The notes beneath the pieces were generated by a model, which was not told where the DNA came from, searched no databases, and worked only from the letters and a program-made list of their open reading frames with translations. 40,000 bases of DNA from Bacillota bacterium. Lineage in GTDB: Bacteria; Bacillota; Clostridia; Acetivibrionales; DSM-1351. Numbering within the stretch: position 1 is the first letter of the stretch; every line of letters begins with the position of its first letter. The translations under genes were made by a program, and so were the position numbers. Positions 23,743 through 32,946 of the stretch are shown in pieces. The stretch lies in NCBI GenBank assembly GCA_023386445.1, contig JAEWJR010000087.1, positions 1 to 40,000 on the forward strand, given 5' to 3'.

Positions 23743-24015
23743 ATACCGGTACGCGAGTACAACTTCAAGCAATGGATAGCTCGGTAAAAGTGCTTTATGA
23801 AATTTGTAGGTAAACAACAGGTATTTTAGCCGGCAAAGTGACAGGAGGTCCCAGCTTGACTATCATGAAATTCATTCTAGTCAAGCGGAGCATCACGCGA
23901 GACCCGGATGGTCGAGTCGATACGACGGCAATAAATACTTGTTGTGAACCGTACTATTTCAAGCAAGCGCTTTGTGTGCAGCCATTGCTTGAAGTTAGTA
24001 TGGAAGTACCGGTAT
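23743..24015. repeat. structured repeat element, copy B (candidate ncRNA or MITE-like element)
   Basis: It has the same terminal blocks as copy A (23752-23766 and 23989-24003 are identical 15-mers). There is a perfect 15-bp closing helix AACTTCAAGCAATGG/CCATTGCTTGAAGTT plus an outer 10-bp helix ATACCGGTAC/GTACCGGTAT. An extra insertion of about 150 nt contains its own hairpins. Confidence 0.6.
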
Positions 24016-24259
24016 AAGCAGTACAATTTTTTACTGGTAATATTGATTAACCCAGTAGCACAACGCGTTAATTTTAAGGAAATCCGTGGAATTTATTTTA
24101 CCGATGTTCTATAATTGAATATAAATGATTTCTCAAACATTATATATGCAAGTTTTTTCAGAAAAAATGATAAACTAATAACTGAGTTTGTGAAAAGGGA
24201 TTTAAATTTTGGCGTATGTAATACAACGCAGCAAATTAATAATGACGGAGGTAGAAAAT

Positions 24260-26065
24260 ATGGCTTCAAACAAAGCGTTACCAAAGAGACAGGATATCGA
24301 CTCCAAATTCAAATGGAAGCTGGAGGATATTTATAGCGACAGCTCCTTATGGGAGCAGGACTTCAAAAAGGTAAAGGAACTGGCGGAGCAGATAAAGGGC
24401 CTGCAGGGCAAGCTGGCAGAGAGTGCACAAAGGCTGCTGGAATGCTTCAAAAAAAGTGATGAACTGTTATCGCTGAATGATAAGGTGTTTGTATACGCCA
24501 GAATGAAGAGGGATGAAAATAACGGGGATGCAGCCTATCAGGCTCTGACAGAGAGAGCGTCCTCACTGGCAACCGAGGTTTTTGCGGCTATTTCCTATAT
24601 AGTTCCTGAAATGCTCAGCATTCCTGAGGAGACACTGCTTTCATATGTAAACTCGGATAAGGAACTGTCTGTCTACATGTTCTCAATTAAAGAAAATTTA
24701 AGGCAGAAGGAGCATATCTTATCCGAAAAGGAAGAACATATACTGGCCATGTCGGCTGAAATATCCGATACCGCCGGAGATGTGTTTACAATGTTCAATA
24801 ACGCCGACATCAAATTCCCCTACATAAAGGATGAAGAGGGGGAAGAGATTGAGGTAACCAAAGGAAGATATATCGCATTTCTGGAGAGCAAGGACAGAAG
24901 GGTGAGAAAGGATGCTTTTGAGGCTGTTTACAGTTCCTATAAAAAGATGAAGAACACATTGGCTGCATCTCTGACAGGCAATGTCAAGAAAAACAGGTTT
25001 TATTCACTTGTACGCAAATATCCCTCTGCATTGGAGGCCTCACTGGACAATGACAATATTTCAGTGGATGTTTATACAACACTTATAGATACAGTCAGCA
25101 AGAATTTACCCTTGCTGGACAGATACCTGAAACTGCGTAAGAAGGTCCTGAAGCTTGACGAACTTCACATGTATGATCTATATGTTCCCATGGTTGAGGA
25201 ATTTGACAAGAAGATACCCTATGAAGAGGCCCGCACTATAGTGGCAGAGGCTTTGAAGCCTTTGGGAGAAGAATATGTAGGATATCTGCAAAAGGGTATG
25301 AACTCCGCATGGATAGACGTGTATGAAAATGAAGGTAAGACCAGCGGCGCGTATGCATGGGGGGCTTACAAGACCCATCCGTATGTTCTGCTCAACTACC
25401 AGGATAAAATAAATGATGTATTCACGCTTGCACACGAAATGGGGCATGCACTGCACTCCTACTATACCAATATGACCCAGCCCTATGTGTATTCGGAATA
25501 TAAAATATTTGTAGCAGAGGTGGCTTCAACAGTAAATGAATCTCTTCTTATGAGATACCTGCTGCCCAGAGCTTCAAGCAAACAGGAAAAGGCTTATTTA
25601 TTGAACCACTACCTGGAGGAATTCAGAGGAACAGTATTCAGACAGGTAATGTTTGCGGAGTATGAAAAAATCATACATGAAAAGGTAGAACAGGGAGAGG
25701 CTTTGAATGCGCAGGAACTCAGCGACATTTACTACGGACTCAACAAAAAATATTTCGGTGAAGCTGTAACCGTTGACGAGGATATAGCAATGGAATGGTC
25801 CAGGATACCTCATTTCTACAGCAGCTTCTATGTATATAAATATGCTACAGGCTTCTCCTCACCGACAGCCATAGCAGAAAAGATCCTTACCGAAGGAAAG
25901 CCGGCGGTTGACAAGTATCTGCAATTCCTGAAGAGCGGCGGATCAAATTACCCCCTGGAGCTGTTAAAGATTGCCGGCGTGGATCTCTCAACTCCGCAGC
26001 CTATCCAGGATGCACTGAATGTGTTTGAAAAGACGCTGGATGAACTGGAAGAACTCTTAAAATAG
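24260..26065 (+). CDS. pepF: oligoendopeptidase F (M3B)
   Basis: ORF 24209..26065 trimmed to ATG 24260, with a GGAGG RBS. It has the HEMGH zinc motif, and the N-terminus LPKRQDIDSKFKWKLEDIY is typical of PepF. Confidence 0.9.
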   Translation: MASNKALPKRQDIDSKFKWKLEDIYSDSSLWEQDFKKVKELAEQIKGLQGKLAESAQRLLECFKKSDELLSLNDKVFVYARMKRDENNGDAAYQALTERASSLATEVFAAISYIVPEMLSIPEETLLSYVNSDKELSVYMFSIKENLRQKEHILSEKEEHILAMSAEISDTAGDVFTMFNNADIKFPYIKDEEGEEIEVTKGRYIAFLESKDRRVRKDAFEAVYSSYKKMKNTLAASLTGNVKKNRFYSLVRKYPSALEASLDNDNISVDVYTTLIDTVSKNLPLLDRYLKLRKKVLKLDELHMYDLYVPMVEEFDKKIPYEEARTIVAEALKPLGEEYVGYLQKGMNSAWIDVYENEGKTSGAYAWGAYKTHPYVLLNYQDKINDVFTLAHEMGHALHSYYTNMTQPYVYSEYKIFVAEVASTVNESLLMRYLLPRASSKQEKAYLLNHYLEEFRGTVFRQVMFAEYEKIIHEKVEQGEALNAQELSDIYYGLNKKYFGEAVTVDEDIAMEWSRIPHFYSSFYVYKYATGFSSPTAIAEKILTEGKPAVDKYLQFLKSGGSNYPLELLKIAGVDLSTPQPIQDALNVFEKTLDELEELLK

Positions 26066-26137
26066 CAGGCAATGGATTATTAGCATTAAAATAGATCGAT
26101 ATACCAAAAAAATTTAATATTTATCGGAGGAAAGGTT

Positions 26138-27253
26138 ATGAAAGATCCGCGTATAGAAAAACTTGCAGAGAATCTTATAAATTACTCCTGTGAATTAAAA
26201 CCCGGAGAAAAGATTCTTATTGAAAATATAGGGAATGAAGTACCACTGTCAAGGGCACTGATCCGTGAGGCTTATAAGGTTGGTGGGATACCATACCTCA
26301 CTGTCAAGAACCCTGAGCTGGAGAGAGTGCTTCTGGAGCAGTGCACCGAGGAACAGATGAAGGATATGGCCAGATACGAGCTGGCACGCATGAAGGACAT
26401 GGATGCATATATCGGAATCAGATCCGGTGATAATGTCAGTGAAAAGGGGACTGTTCCATCAGAAAAGATGAAAATTTACATGTCTCTCTTTAATAAGCCG
26501 GTCCATTCGGAGCAGAGAGTAAACCATACCAGATGGGTCGTTATGAGATATCCCAGTCATTCAATGGCACAGCTGGCCAATATGCCGACAGAATACTTCG
26601 AGGATTTCTATTTTAATGTCTGCAATCTGGATTACAGGAAGATGTCTGTCGCAATGGACCCATTGGTAAAAATGATGGAATCCACAGACAGGGTAAGAAT
26701 CACAGGCAAGGGTACAGATCTGACCTTCTCAATTAAAGGTATCCCTGCAATAAAATGTGACGGAAAACTGAATATTCCTGACGGGGAAGTATATACGGCA
26801 CCGGTAAGGGATTCGGTCAATGGAGTTATAACCTATAACTGCCCTGCCGTATACCAGGGAGTAACCTTTGAGAATATATGTTTTGAGTTCAGGGACGGCA
26901 GAATAATCAAGGCAACAGCAAATAATACCCAACGCGTTAATGAAATACTTGATACTGACGAAGCTGCCAGATATGTCGGTGAGTTTGCAATAGGGGTGAA
27001 TCCGTATATTGATACACCCATGAAGGATACTCTCTTTGATGAAAAGATAAGAGGCAGCATACACTTTACTCCCGGCAGCTGCTATGGAGATGCGCCAAAC
27101 GGAAATAAATCTTCCATTCACTGGGATCTGGTATTTATTCAGAGACCGGAATACGGCGGAGGAGAGATCTGGTTTGACGACAGGCTCATCAGGAAGGACG
27201 GACTCTTTGTACCCGAAGAATTACAGGGGCTTAATCCCGAAAAATTGAAATAA
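26138..27253 (+). CDS. M29-family aminopeptidase (AmpS/PepS-like)
   Basis: 371-aa ORF with a GGAGG RBS. The motifs GEVYTAP, EFAIGVNP, HFTPG and IHWDLV are characteristic of peptidase M29. Confidence 0.85.
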   Translation: MKDPRIEKLAENLINYSCELKPGEKILIENIGNEVPLSRALIREAYKVGGIPYLTVKNPELERVLLEQCTEEQMKDMARYELARMKDMDAYIGIRSGDNVSEKGTVPSEKMKIYMSLFNKPVHSEQRVNHTRWVVMRYPSHSMAQLANMPTEYFEDFYFNVCNLDYRKMSVAMDPLVKMMESTDRVRITGKGTDLTFSIKGIPAIKCDGKLNIPDGEVYTAPVRDSVNGVITYNCPAVYQGVTFENICFEFRDGRIIKATANNTQRVNEILDTDEAARYVGEFAIGVNPYIDTPMKDTLFDEKIRGSIHFTPGSCYGDAPNGNKSSIHWDLVFIQRPEYGGGEIWFDDRLIRKDGLFVPEELQGLNPEKLK

Positions 27254-27268
27254 GCAGGCCTTATTTTA

Positions 27269-30200
27269 TTAAATTTCAAACAGCTCTGTCAGTTCCTGCT
27301 GTGTCATTTTGGTAAGAAGGGTTTCTCCGGACTGGATTACGGCATCCACCAGCTGTTTTTTCCTTTCCTTGAGACTCAGGATCTTTTCCTCAATGGTACC
27401 GTGGGTGACCAGTTTCATGACATGAACCGTTTTGGTCTGACCTATCCTGTACGCACGGTCGGTTGCTTGATCCTCCACTGCGGGATTCCACCAGGGGTCG
27501 TAATGGATAACGGTATCGGCGCCGGTGAGGTTCAGCCCCGTTCCCCCGGACTTGAGCGAAAGCAGAAATATATTGCCTTCTCCGCTGTTGAAGCTGCGAA
27601 CAAGCTTCATTCTTTCATCAGCCGGAGTTGCTCCGTCAAGGTAAAGGTAATTGATTCCTGTTTCCTCAAGCCAGCCCCTGATTATACCAAGCATTGAGGT
27701 AAACTGGGAGAAAAGCAGTATTCTATGGCCTGCTGTAAGGGAATCCTCCACTACCTCCATGAGCAGCTGAAGCTTTCCGCTGTCACCCTCATAGTCTTCT
27801 ACAAACAAAGATGGGTGACAGCACAGCTGACGCAATCTTGTGAGGATAGAAAGAATTTTGATCTGGCTTTTTTCAAAGCCCTTTTCTTTGATCTCACTAA
27901 ACAATTCACCCTTAGCCTCTTCAAGATATGCGACATAAAGTTTCTTCTGCTCCTGGGTAAGTTCTGCTTCAATAATATGCTCGATTTTCTCAGGCAGCTC
28001 CTTTAAAACATCCTGCTTCAGTCTTCTTAGGATAAAAGGCCGGATCTGCCTGCCAAGGCTTGAAAGCGATGAGGTATCCCCTTTGGATATGGGAGTCTCA
28101 TATTTTTCTGCAAATTTTGAATGTGAGCACAGATAGCCGGGAAGTATAAAATCAAATACCGACCACAGTTCGGTGAGATTATTCTCCATGGGTGTGCCGG
28201 TGAGGGCCAGTCTGTGTTCCGATGCTATCTGCTTTACAGCTTTTGATGCCTGTGAAAGGGGATTCTTTATGTGCTGAGCCTCATCCAGGATACAATATCT
28301 GAAATTATAGGGCGTATAGTCATCTATATCCCTCCTGATCAAAGCATACGAGGTTACCACAAGATCTGATCCGATACCTTGCCGTATCAGCTCCTGGCGT
28401 TCAGTTTTATTACCCACGACGGCAGTTACAGACATATCCGGAGCAAACTTGTGAATTTCCGAGCACCAGTTGTATATTAAAGAAGTGGGAACTATAACAA
28501 TAGATGGACGACTGCCTGACGATTGCTTGTCAAATTCCAGCAGGGTAATAACCTGGAGTGTTTTGCCAAGCCCCATGTCATCGGCCAGTATCCCGCCCAG
28601 ACCATAATGGGAGAGCGTTTTCATCCATTTGAAACCAAGTTTCTGGTAATCTCTCAACGTTCCTTTGATGCTTCTGGGTATTTTGTATTCTGTTTCAGCG
28701 GGGTCCTGAATATCATGAATCAGGTCCTTTAAAGCCGTATTGCGTTCAAAGAATTTCATCCCGCTCTCTTTAAGCATATTATCTATGTACAGTGCCCTGT
28801 ATTTGGGCAGCTTTATAAAATCCCCTTCAATGTCGGAGGAACTCAGATCCAGCTGCTCCAAAATCTCTGCCATATTCAGCAGACTTTCCGCTTCAAGAGT
28901 CAGAAAAGCACCATCCTTCAGGCGGAAATACTTTTTTTTCTGCCTGATACTGTCAAAAATGTTTGGCAGCTCCTCACGTTCGACACCTTCAATATTGAAA
29001 TTGAATTCCAGAAAGCCGTTCAAACTGTTCAATCTCAGAAAGCCTGAGAAAGAAAGCTGCTTCTTAAAGCTCATGGCTTTAAAGCTTTCCGAATAATATA
29101 CCTGCGCATGCTCCTGAAGCTTGGGTATGACATAATTTACGAAATCAAATATTTTTTCCTCTTCGTCCAGGTAGATTCTGTTGCTGCTGACTTTACAATC
29201 TGTCTCGGCAAGAATGTCCAATATATTACTCTCGGCCTCAAGATTTCTTATGAGTATCTTATCAAAAGAGGGCTTGGCTCTGTCGGCAGAAAAGGGATTT
29301 ATAACCCGGTCTCCATACTTAAATTTCACGTCGGCCGTTATAATATATTCAAACCTGTCAAGATAAATTTCCGGCTCAAATTCGGGCCTTTCGACCAATG
29401 CCTGGAGTTCTTCGTCAATGAATACTTTGCCGGTTTTTTCGATAAAAGGTAAAATCTCAGTAAACAAGCGCTCTTTATCGTTGTCCAGAAAGCTGATCCT
29501 GTTATTATTTTCTTTTTGCACATATTGAATAAACGGCTTGAGATATTCCTTTTGATACTGCGAAACCTTACAGATGCTATTTTTATATAGAAAATATTCA
29601 CAATCTGAAGTTGCCATGTGAAGAGGATATTTTGTATCAATGCCCAGATCCACAGTGCTGGCATTTTTAGTTAACGTAAAGTCAACAGGTATGTCCAGGA
29701 CCTGAATTACAACATTTTCTAATGTTTTCCCGTCTGTTATTACGTTGAAGGAAAGAGGGGACAGCAATTCCAACAATCTCTTAAGAGCTCCGTCTGATAA
29801 AAATATTTCCTTGTCCCTGAAAATACTTTGCTTTTTTATGTCACCGGTCAGATAATCTATAAGATTTTCATTTTGCCACATTTCCGACAGGTAAGAAATA
29901 ATGGCCTGGTCTTTCTCGTCAAAATTATGAATAACGGGGTCAAAGGAAAAACCTTTTCCATAGACCAACTCTTTATCATTTTTGAAGCACTCCAGCAGTT
30001 CGCCTACATTTCTGACAATATACAGTCTATCTGTACCTATCCGCAGTGTCAGTGCCGCCGCAGGCCCTCTTTTTATATTGGAAACCTTTGTTTTAAGCAG
30101 CTCCAGGGTGTATTCAACCTTTATAGCCGTTTTCATATTTCCTGTTTTATTGTTAAAAAACTCGAAGATTTCTTTGGCAGCTTTTTTCTGAGAGGCAGAA

Positions 30201-30502
30201 TTAAAGAACCCTTGCTCATCCTTTGACTTAATTAGCAGCAAAACTGCAGTGATATGCTTGCAGCAGCTTTCAGTACGGGTGTTATCGGTACAGGTACAGG
30301 AATAATCCTTTATCCGGCCTTCTTTGCCGAATTGGATTTGTACGTTATATGGATGGGTACCAATAACCGTTGCATCGAAAAGCATAAGCTCTTCATTAAA
30401 GGAGACGGACTTTACTCTGTTTGAACTATAATATTCCATACCCTTTTTAAATTTCATAGGGGTAGAGAGGTAGTATATACTGTCTTTTGAAATTTGAAAC
30501 AT
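27269..30502 (-). CDS. SNF2-family helicase with N-terminal SWIM zinc finger (YwqA-like)
   Basis: 1077-aa ORF. It has a SWIM-like CTC...CCKH near residue 70, a DEAQHIKN (DExH) box, helicase motifs LTGTPMENN and QATDRAYRIGQ, and a long middle SNF2-associated region. Confidence 0.9.
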   Translation of the reverse strand: MFQISKDSIYYLSTPMKFKKGMEYYSSNRVKSVSFNEELMLFDATVIGTHPYNVQIQFGKEGRIKDYSCTCTDNTRTESCCKHITAVLLLIKSKDEQGFFNSASQKKAAKEIFEFFNNKTGNMKTAIKVEYTLELLKTKVSNIKRGPAAALTLRIGTDRLYIVRNVGELLECFKNDKELVYGKGFSFDPVIHNFDEKDQAIISYLSEMWQNENLIDYLTGDIKKQSIFRDKEIFLSDGALKRLLELLSPLSFNVITDGKTLENVVIQVLDIPVDFTLTKNASTVDLGIDTKYPLHMATSDCEYFLYKNSICKVSQYQKEYLKPFIQYVQKENNNRISFLDNDKERLFTEILPFIEKTGKVFIDEELQALVERPEFEPEIYLDRFEYIITADVKFKYGDRVINPFSADRAKPSFDKILIRNLEAESNILDILAETDCKVSSNRIYLDEEEKIFDFVNYVIPKLQEHAQVYYSESFKAMSFKKQLSFSGFLRLNSLNGFLEFNFNIEGVEREELPNIFDSIRQKKKYFRLKDGAFLTLEAESLLNMAEILEQLDLSSSDIEGDFIKLPKYRALYIDNMLKESGMKFFERNTALKDLIHDIQDPAETEYKIPRSIKGTLRDYQKLGFKWMKTLSHYGLGGILADDMGLGKTLQVITLLEFDKQSSGSRPSIVIVPTSLIYNWCSEIHKFAPDMSVTAVVGNKTERQELIRQGIGSDLVVTSYALIRRDIDDYTPYNFRYCILDEAQHIKNPLSQASKAVKQIASEHRLALTGTPMENNLTELWSVFDFILPGYLCSHSKFAEKYETPISKGDTSSLSSLGRQIRPFILRRLKQDVLKELPEKIEHIIEAELTQEQKKLYVAYLEEAKGELFSEIKEKGFEKSQIKILSILTRLRQLCCHPSLFVEDYEGDSGKLQLLMEVVEDSLTAGHRILLFSQFTSMLGIIRGWLEETGINYLYLDGATPADERMKLVRSFNSGEGNIFLLSLKSGGTGLNLTGADTVIHYDPWWNPAVEDQATDRAYRIGQTKTVHVMKLVTHGTIEEKILSLKERKKQLVDAVIQSGETLLTKMTQQELTELFEI

Positions 30503-30660
30503 TCATTTACTCCATGGTCATTTTTTAGCTTATCATTTTATTATAACCAAAATTCATACCGATTACCATTATTTGATTATTGATTTTGATGGTACAGACC
30601 GCTAAGAGCAAAAGCAAATAAATTCTGTAGCTGACCATGGAATAAACAGATTCGTACAGG

Positions 30661-31995
30661 TCAGACAACAGCCGGTAGGGTCTTTGCCGTACAGGAGATA
30701 AGAAATTCCGTCAATTCCTCGGTACTATTTATTTTTATGTCCCCGTTACAGCGTGCAAGTTCATTTTGAACGATGCTGAGTCCAAAGCCTCTTGTTTTGG
30801 AGGGATTGTCCTTTGTAGAATATCCGGCGTTGAATATTTTACTTCTATCCGATTCCGGTATCATGGGGCCATTATTTGAAATGGAGATAACATAACGTTC
30901 TTCCTGTATATAGGTCTGAAGGTGAACGAATTTATTTTCCTTTTCAATACTGTTCATAGCTTCAAAAGCGTTCTCTATTATATTGGAAATGATGGTAACA
31001 GCCATATCTTCCGCAAGACCTGCTGAAGACAAAGGTTCCTCAAAATCTGCTCTTAACTCGATACCTTTTCTGAAAGCATTGTTATACTTTACGTTAATAA
31101 TTGCATCTACAAAATCATTGCCTGAATCTATGGATATATTTTTGGTAGAGCTGTTGTTTGCAAAATTATTTATATAGTGCTTGATCCTATCGATAGAATC
31201 GGATTTGTTAAGCGTACAAAGGCCATAGATGGTATTCAGGTGATTTTTGTATTCATGGCGTTCCTTGGCCACCATTTCATTAAAATCAAGGAGCTGGCGG
31301 ATGCTTTCCTTTTGCATTTCGTTTGCATACTGAAGGAGCTCAAGCTTTGAACCTTCCCGGAAGGCTGAAAACATGGCAACCATCAGAACTAAATAGATAA
31401 TAAATGAAAACAGGTTAAAAAGGTATGCTTTTTGGGGCTGGCCTGATAGAAAGATATTAACGAATACGAAAAATATTAATACGGTTGATATTATAACCAG
31501 TATTTGTTTATATTTTGACTGATAAGGGTTACTGTCGCTCAGCCATGCCAGATTGACAGGTTTTTTATAAAAGGCGAATAATCCAAGGACTTCAACTGTT
31601 TTGCTAATAATACTGCATATTAATACATAAAGGTTATTTTGCAGCAGTTCGTTCATAGGAATACTGGTAACCAACATGGCAAATGTTGCTACAATTATCT
31701 CGACTATAGTTACATAAGTTGTAATTAAAAAAACTTTTATCAGGCTTTTATATATTTTTCCATTAAATACATAGTTTAATGCAGCTACGGTAAGAATCAA
31801 TATGAGTACGGTATGAAAACCTGCCGGAATAAACAGTGATATCCAATAAGCATATATTGTATAAATTGTAATAAAAGATATGTATTTAAACTTCTTTTTA
31901 ATTATATTTTCCTTAAACCCGGATAACAAGGAAAATGCGTATATTATGATAAAACCCTCTAAAACAGTAAATAATACTTCACTGGCAGTAAACAC
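30661..31995 (-). CDS. agrC: AgrC-like membrane sensor histidine kinase (GHKL)
   Basis: 444-aa ORF with a GTG start and AAGGAGGG upstream. It has about 6 N-terminal TM helices, an H-box ERHEYKNHLNTIYGL, an N-box ISNIIENAFEA and a G-box GFGLSIV. Confidence 0.8.
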   Translation of the reverse strand: MFTASEVLFTVLEGFIIIYAFSLLSGFKENIIKKKFKYISFITIYTIYAYWISLFIPAGFHTVLILILTVAALNYVFNGKIYKSLIKVFLITTYVTIVEIIVATFAMLVTSIPMNELLQNNLYVLICSIISKTVEVLGLFAFYKKPVNLAWLSDSNPYQSKYKQILVIISTVLIFFVFVNIFLSGQPQKAYLFNLFSFIIYLVLMVAMFSAFREGSKLELLQYANEMQKESIRQLLDFNEMVAKERHEYKNHLNTIYGLCTLNKSDSIDRIKHYINNFANNSSTKNISIDSGNDFVDAIINVKYNNAFRKGIELRADFEEPLSSAGLAEDMAVTIISNIIENAFEAMNSIEKENKFVHLQTYIQEERYVISISNNGPMIPESDRSKIFNAGYSTKDNPSKTRGFGLSIVQNELARCNGDIKINSTEELTEFLISCTAKTLPAVV

Positions 31996-32023
31996 TTCGT
32001 ATTATCCCTCCTTACATAGATAC

Positions 32024-32067
32024 GAAAAAAGCCATAAATATATATACGGCGTACATATGTTTATGAC
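32024..32067 (-). terminator. hairpin plus U-tract between candidate agrD and agrC (attenuator or terminator)
   Basis: The minus strand reads GTCATAAACATATGTACGCCGTATATATATTTATGGC followed by TTTTTT. Confidence 0.45.
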
Positions 32068-32102
32068 TTTTCCCAGACTTGATTTCAAATTAATTAGTGA
32101 GG

Positions 32103-32207
32103 CTATTCTTTAGGCTCGTAGAAAAATATCAACTTCAAAACACCGACGCCTAACCCTGCAACATACGAAGAAAATAAACCGACTGACTTCAATAAATGTT
32201 TTTTCAA
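32103..32207 (-). CDS. agrD: candidate AgrD-like autoinducer propeptide (non-canonical, no Cys)
   Basis: 34-codon ORF not in the track, with a TTG start and GGAG 8 nt upstream: (M)KKHLLKSVGLFSSYVAGLGVGVLKLIFFYEPKE. It sits between agrB and agrC and ends in an E-P-K-E tail reminiscent of AgrD. Confidence 0.4.
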   Translation of the reverse strand: MKKHLLKSVGLFSSYVAGLGVGVLKLIFFYEPKE

Positions 32208-32289
32208 TAGAATCACTCCATTTTCGACATTTTATATATAAATAATCCCTCTAATTGACATGAAAGTCAATGGCTTTTTAAAAAATATA

Positions 32290-32856
32290 CTAAATTTCGT
32301 TAAAAAGTTTATTTTTGAACAGTTGGTACAGAGACAGCAAATAAATTATAGTTACAGAAACAAGCACTATTTGAGCTGGTATATAAAAATAATCAAGCAG
32401 TAATAGTGCAGGTGTTAAAACAGCCGCCAGTATTCTATAAGCTGCCTTTCTTTCATCCACCCTCCTGGTTCTGACAGGAGCAATAAATGCACCGGTTACC
32501 GTAAGAGCTATTACAAGTACAATCTGTACAGAGCCTGGGATTGCATCTGCTCTTCCGGCAAAAACGTTTATTGCCATTGTAATAAAGGATACGGCAAGGC
32601 AGACAAACTCGCTTTTTGCATGGTAGCCTCCTAAAATGGGACGAAGCAATAGTATAACTGCAAAAGCCAGCAGATATTCCAATGCAGCGGAGAACAGGGC
32701 AAAAACTATCAGCAGCAGGAGAAATTTATACAGATCGGAAAAAATACAAACAAGACCATACCGTATTCTCCTGGCTTCAGTCTCTGAGTATTCGGCATTG
32801 GAGATGACTGCTTCGGCGACTTTGTTTGCAAGTTTTCTGTAGAAGGTTATTTCCAT
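32290..32856 (-). CDS. agrB: AgrB-family autoinducer-processing membrane peptidase
   Basis: ORF 32290..32877 trimmed to ATG 32856, which has GGAGG upstream. It has multiple TM helices and the conserved block RPILGGYHAKSEFVCLAVS containing the catalytic His/Cys pair. Confidence 0.8.
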   Translation of the reverse strand: MEITFYRKLANKVAEAVISNAEYSETEARRIRYGLVCIFSDLYKFLLLLIVFALFSAALEYLLAFAVILLLRPILGGYHAKSEFVCLAVSFITMAINVFAGRADAIPGSVQIVLVIALTVTGAFIAPVRTRRVDERKAAYRILAAVLTPALLLLDYFYIPAQIVLVSVTIIYLLSLYQLFKNKLFNEI

Positions 32857-32946
32857 AAGGCCTCCGGCAATACACATTATAATAAAATGCTACCATATCA
32901 TAAGGCATAAGTGAAGAACAATTTGCGTTTTAGATGTCACAGACTG

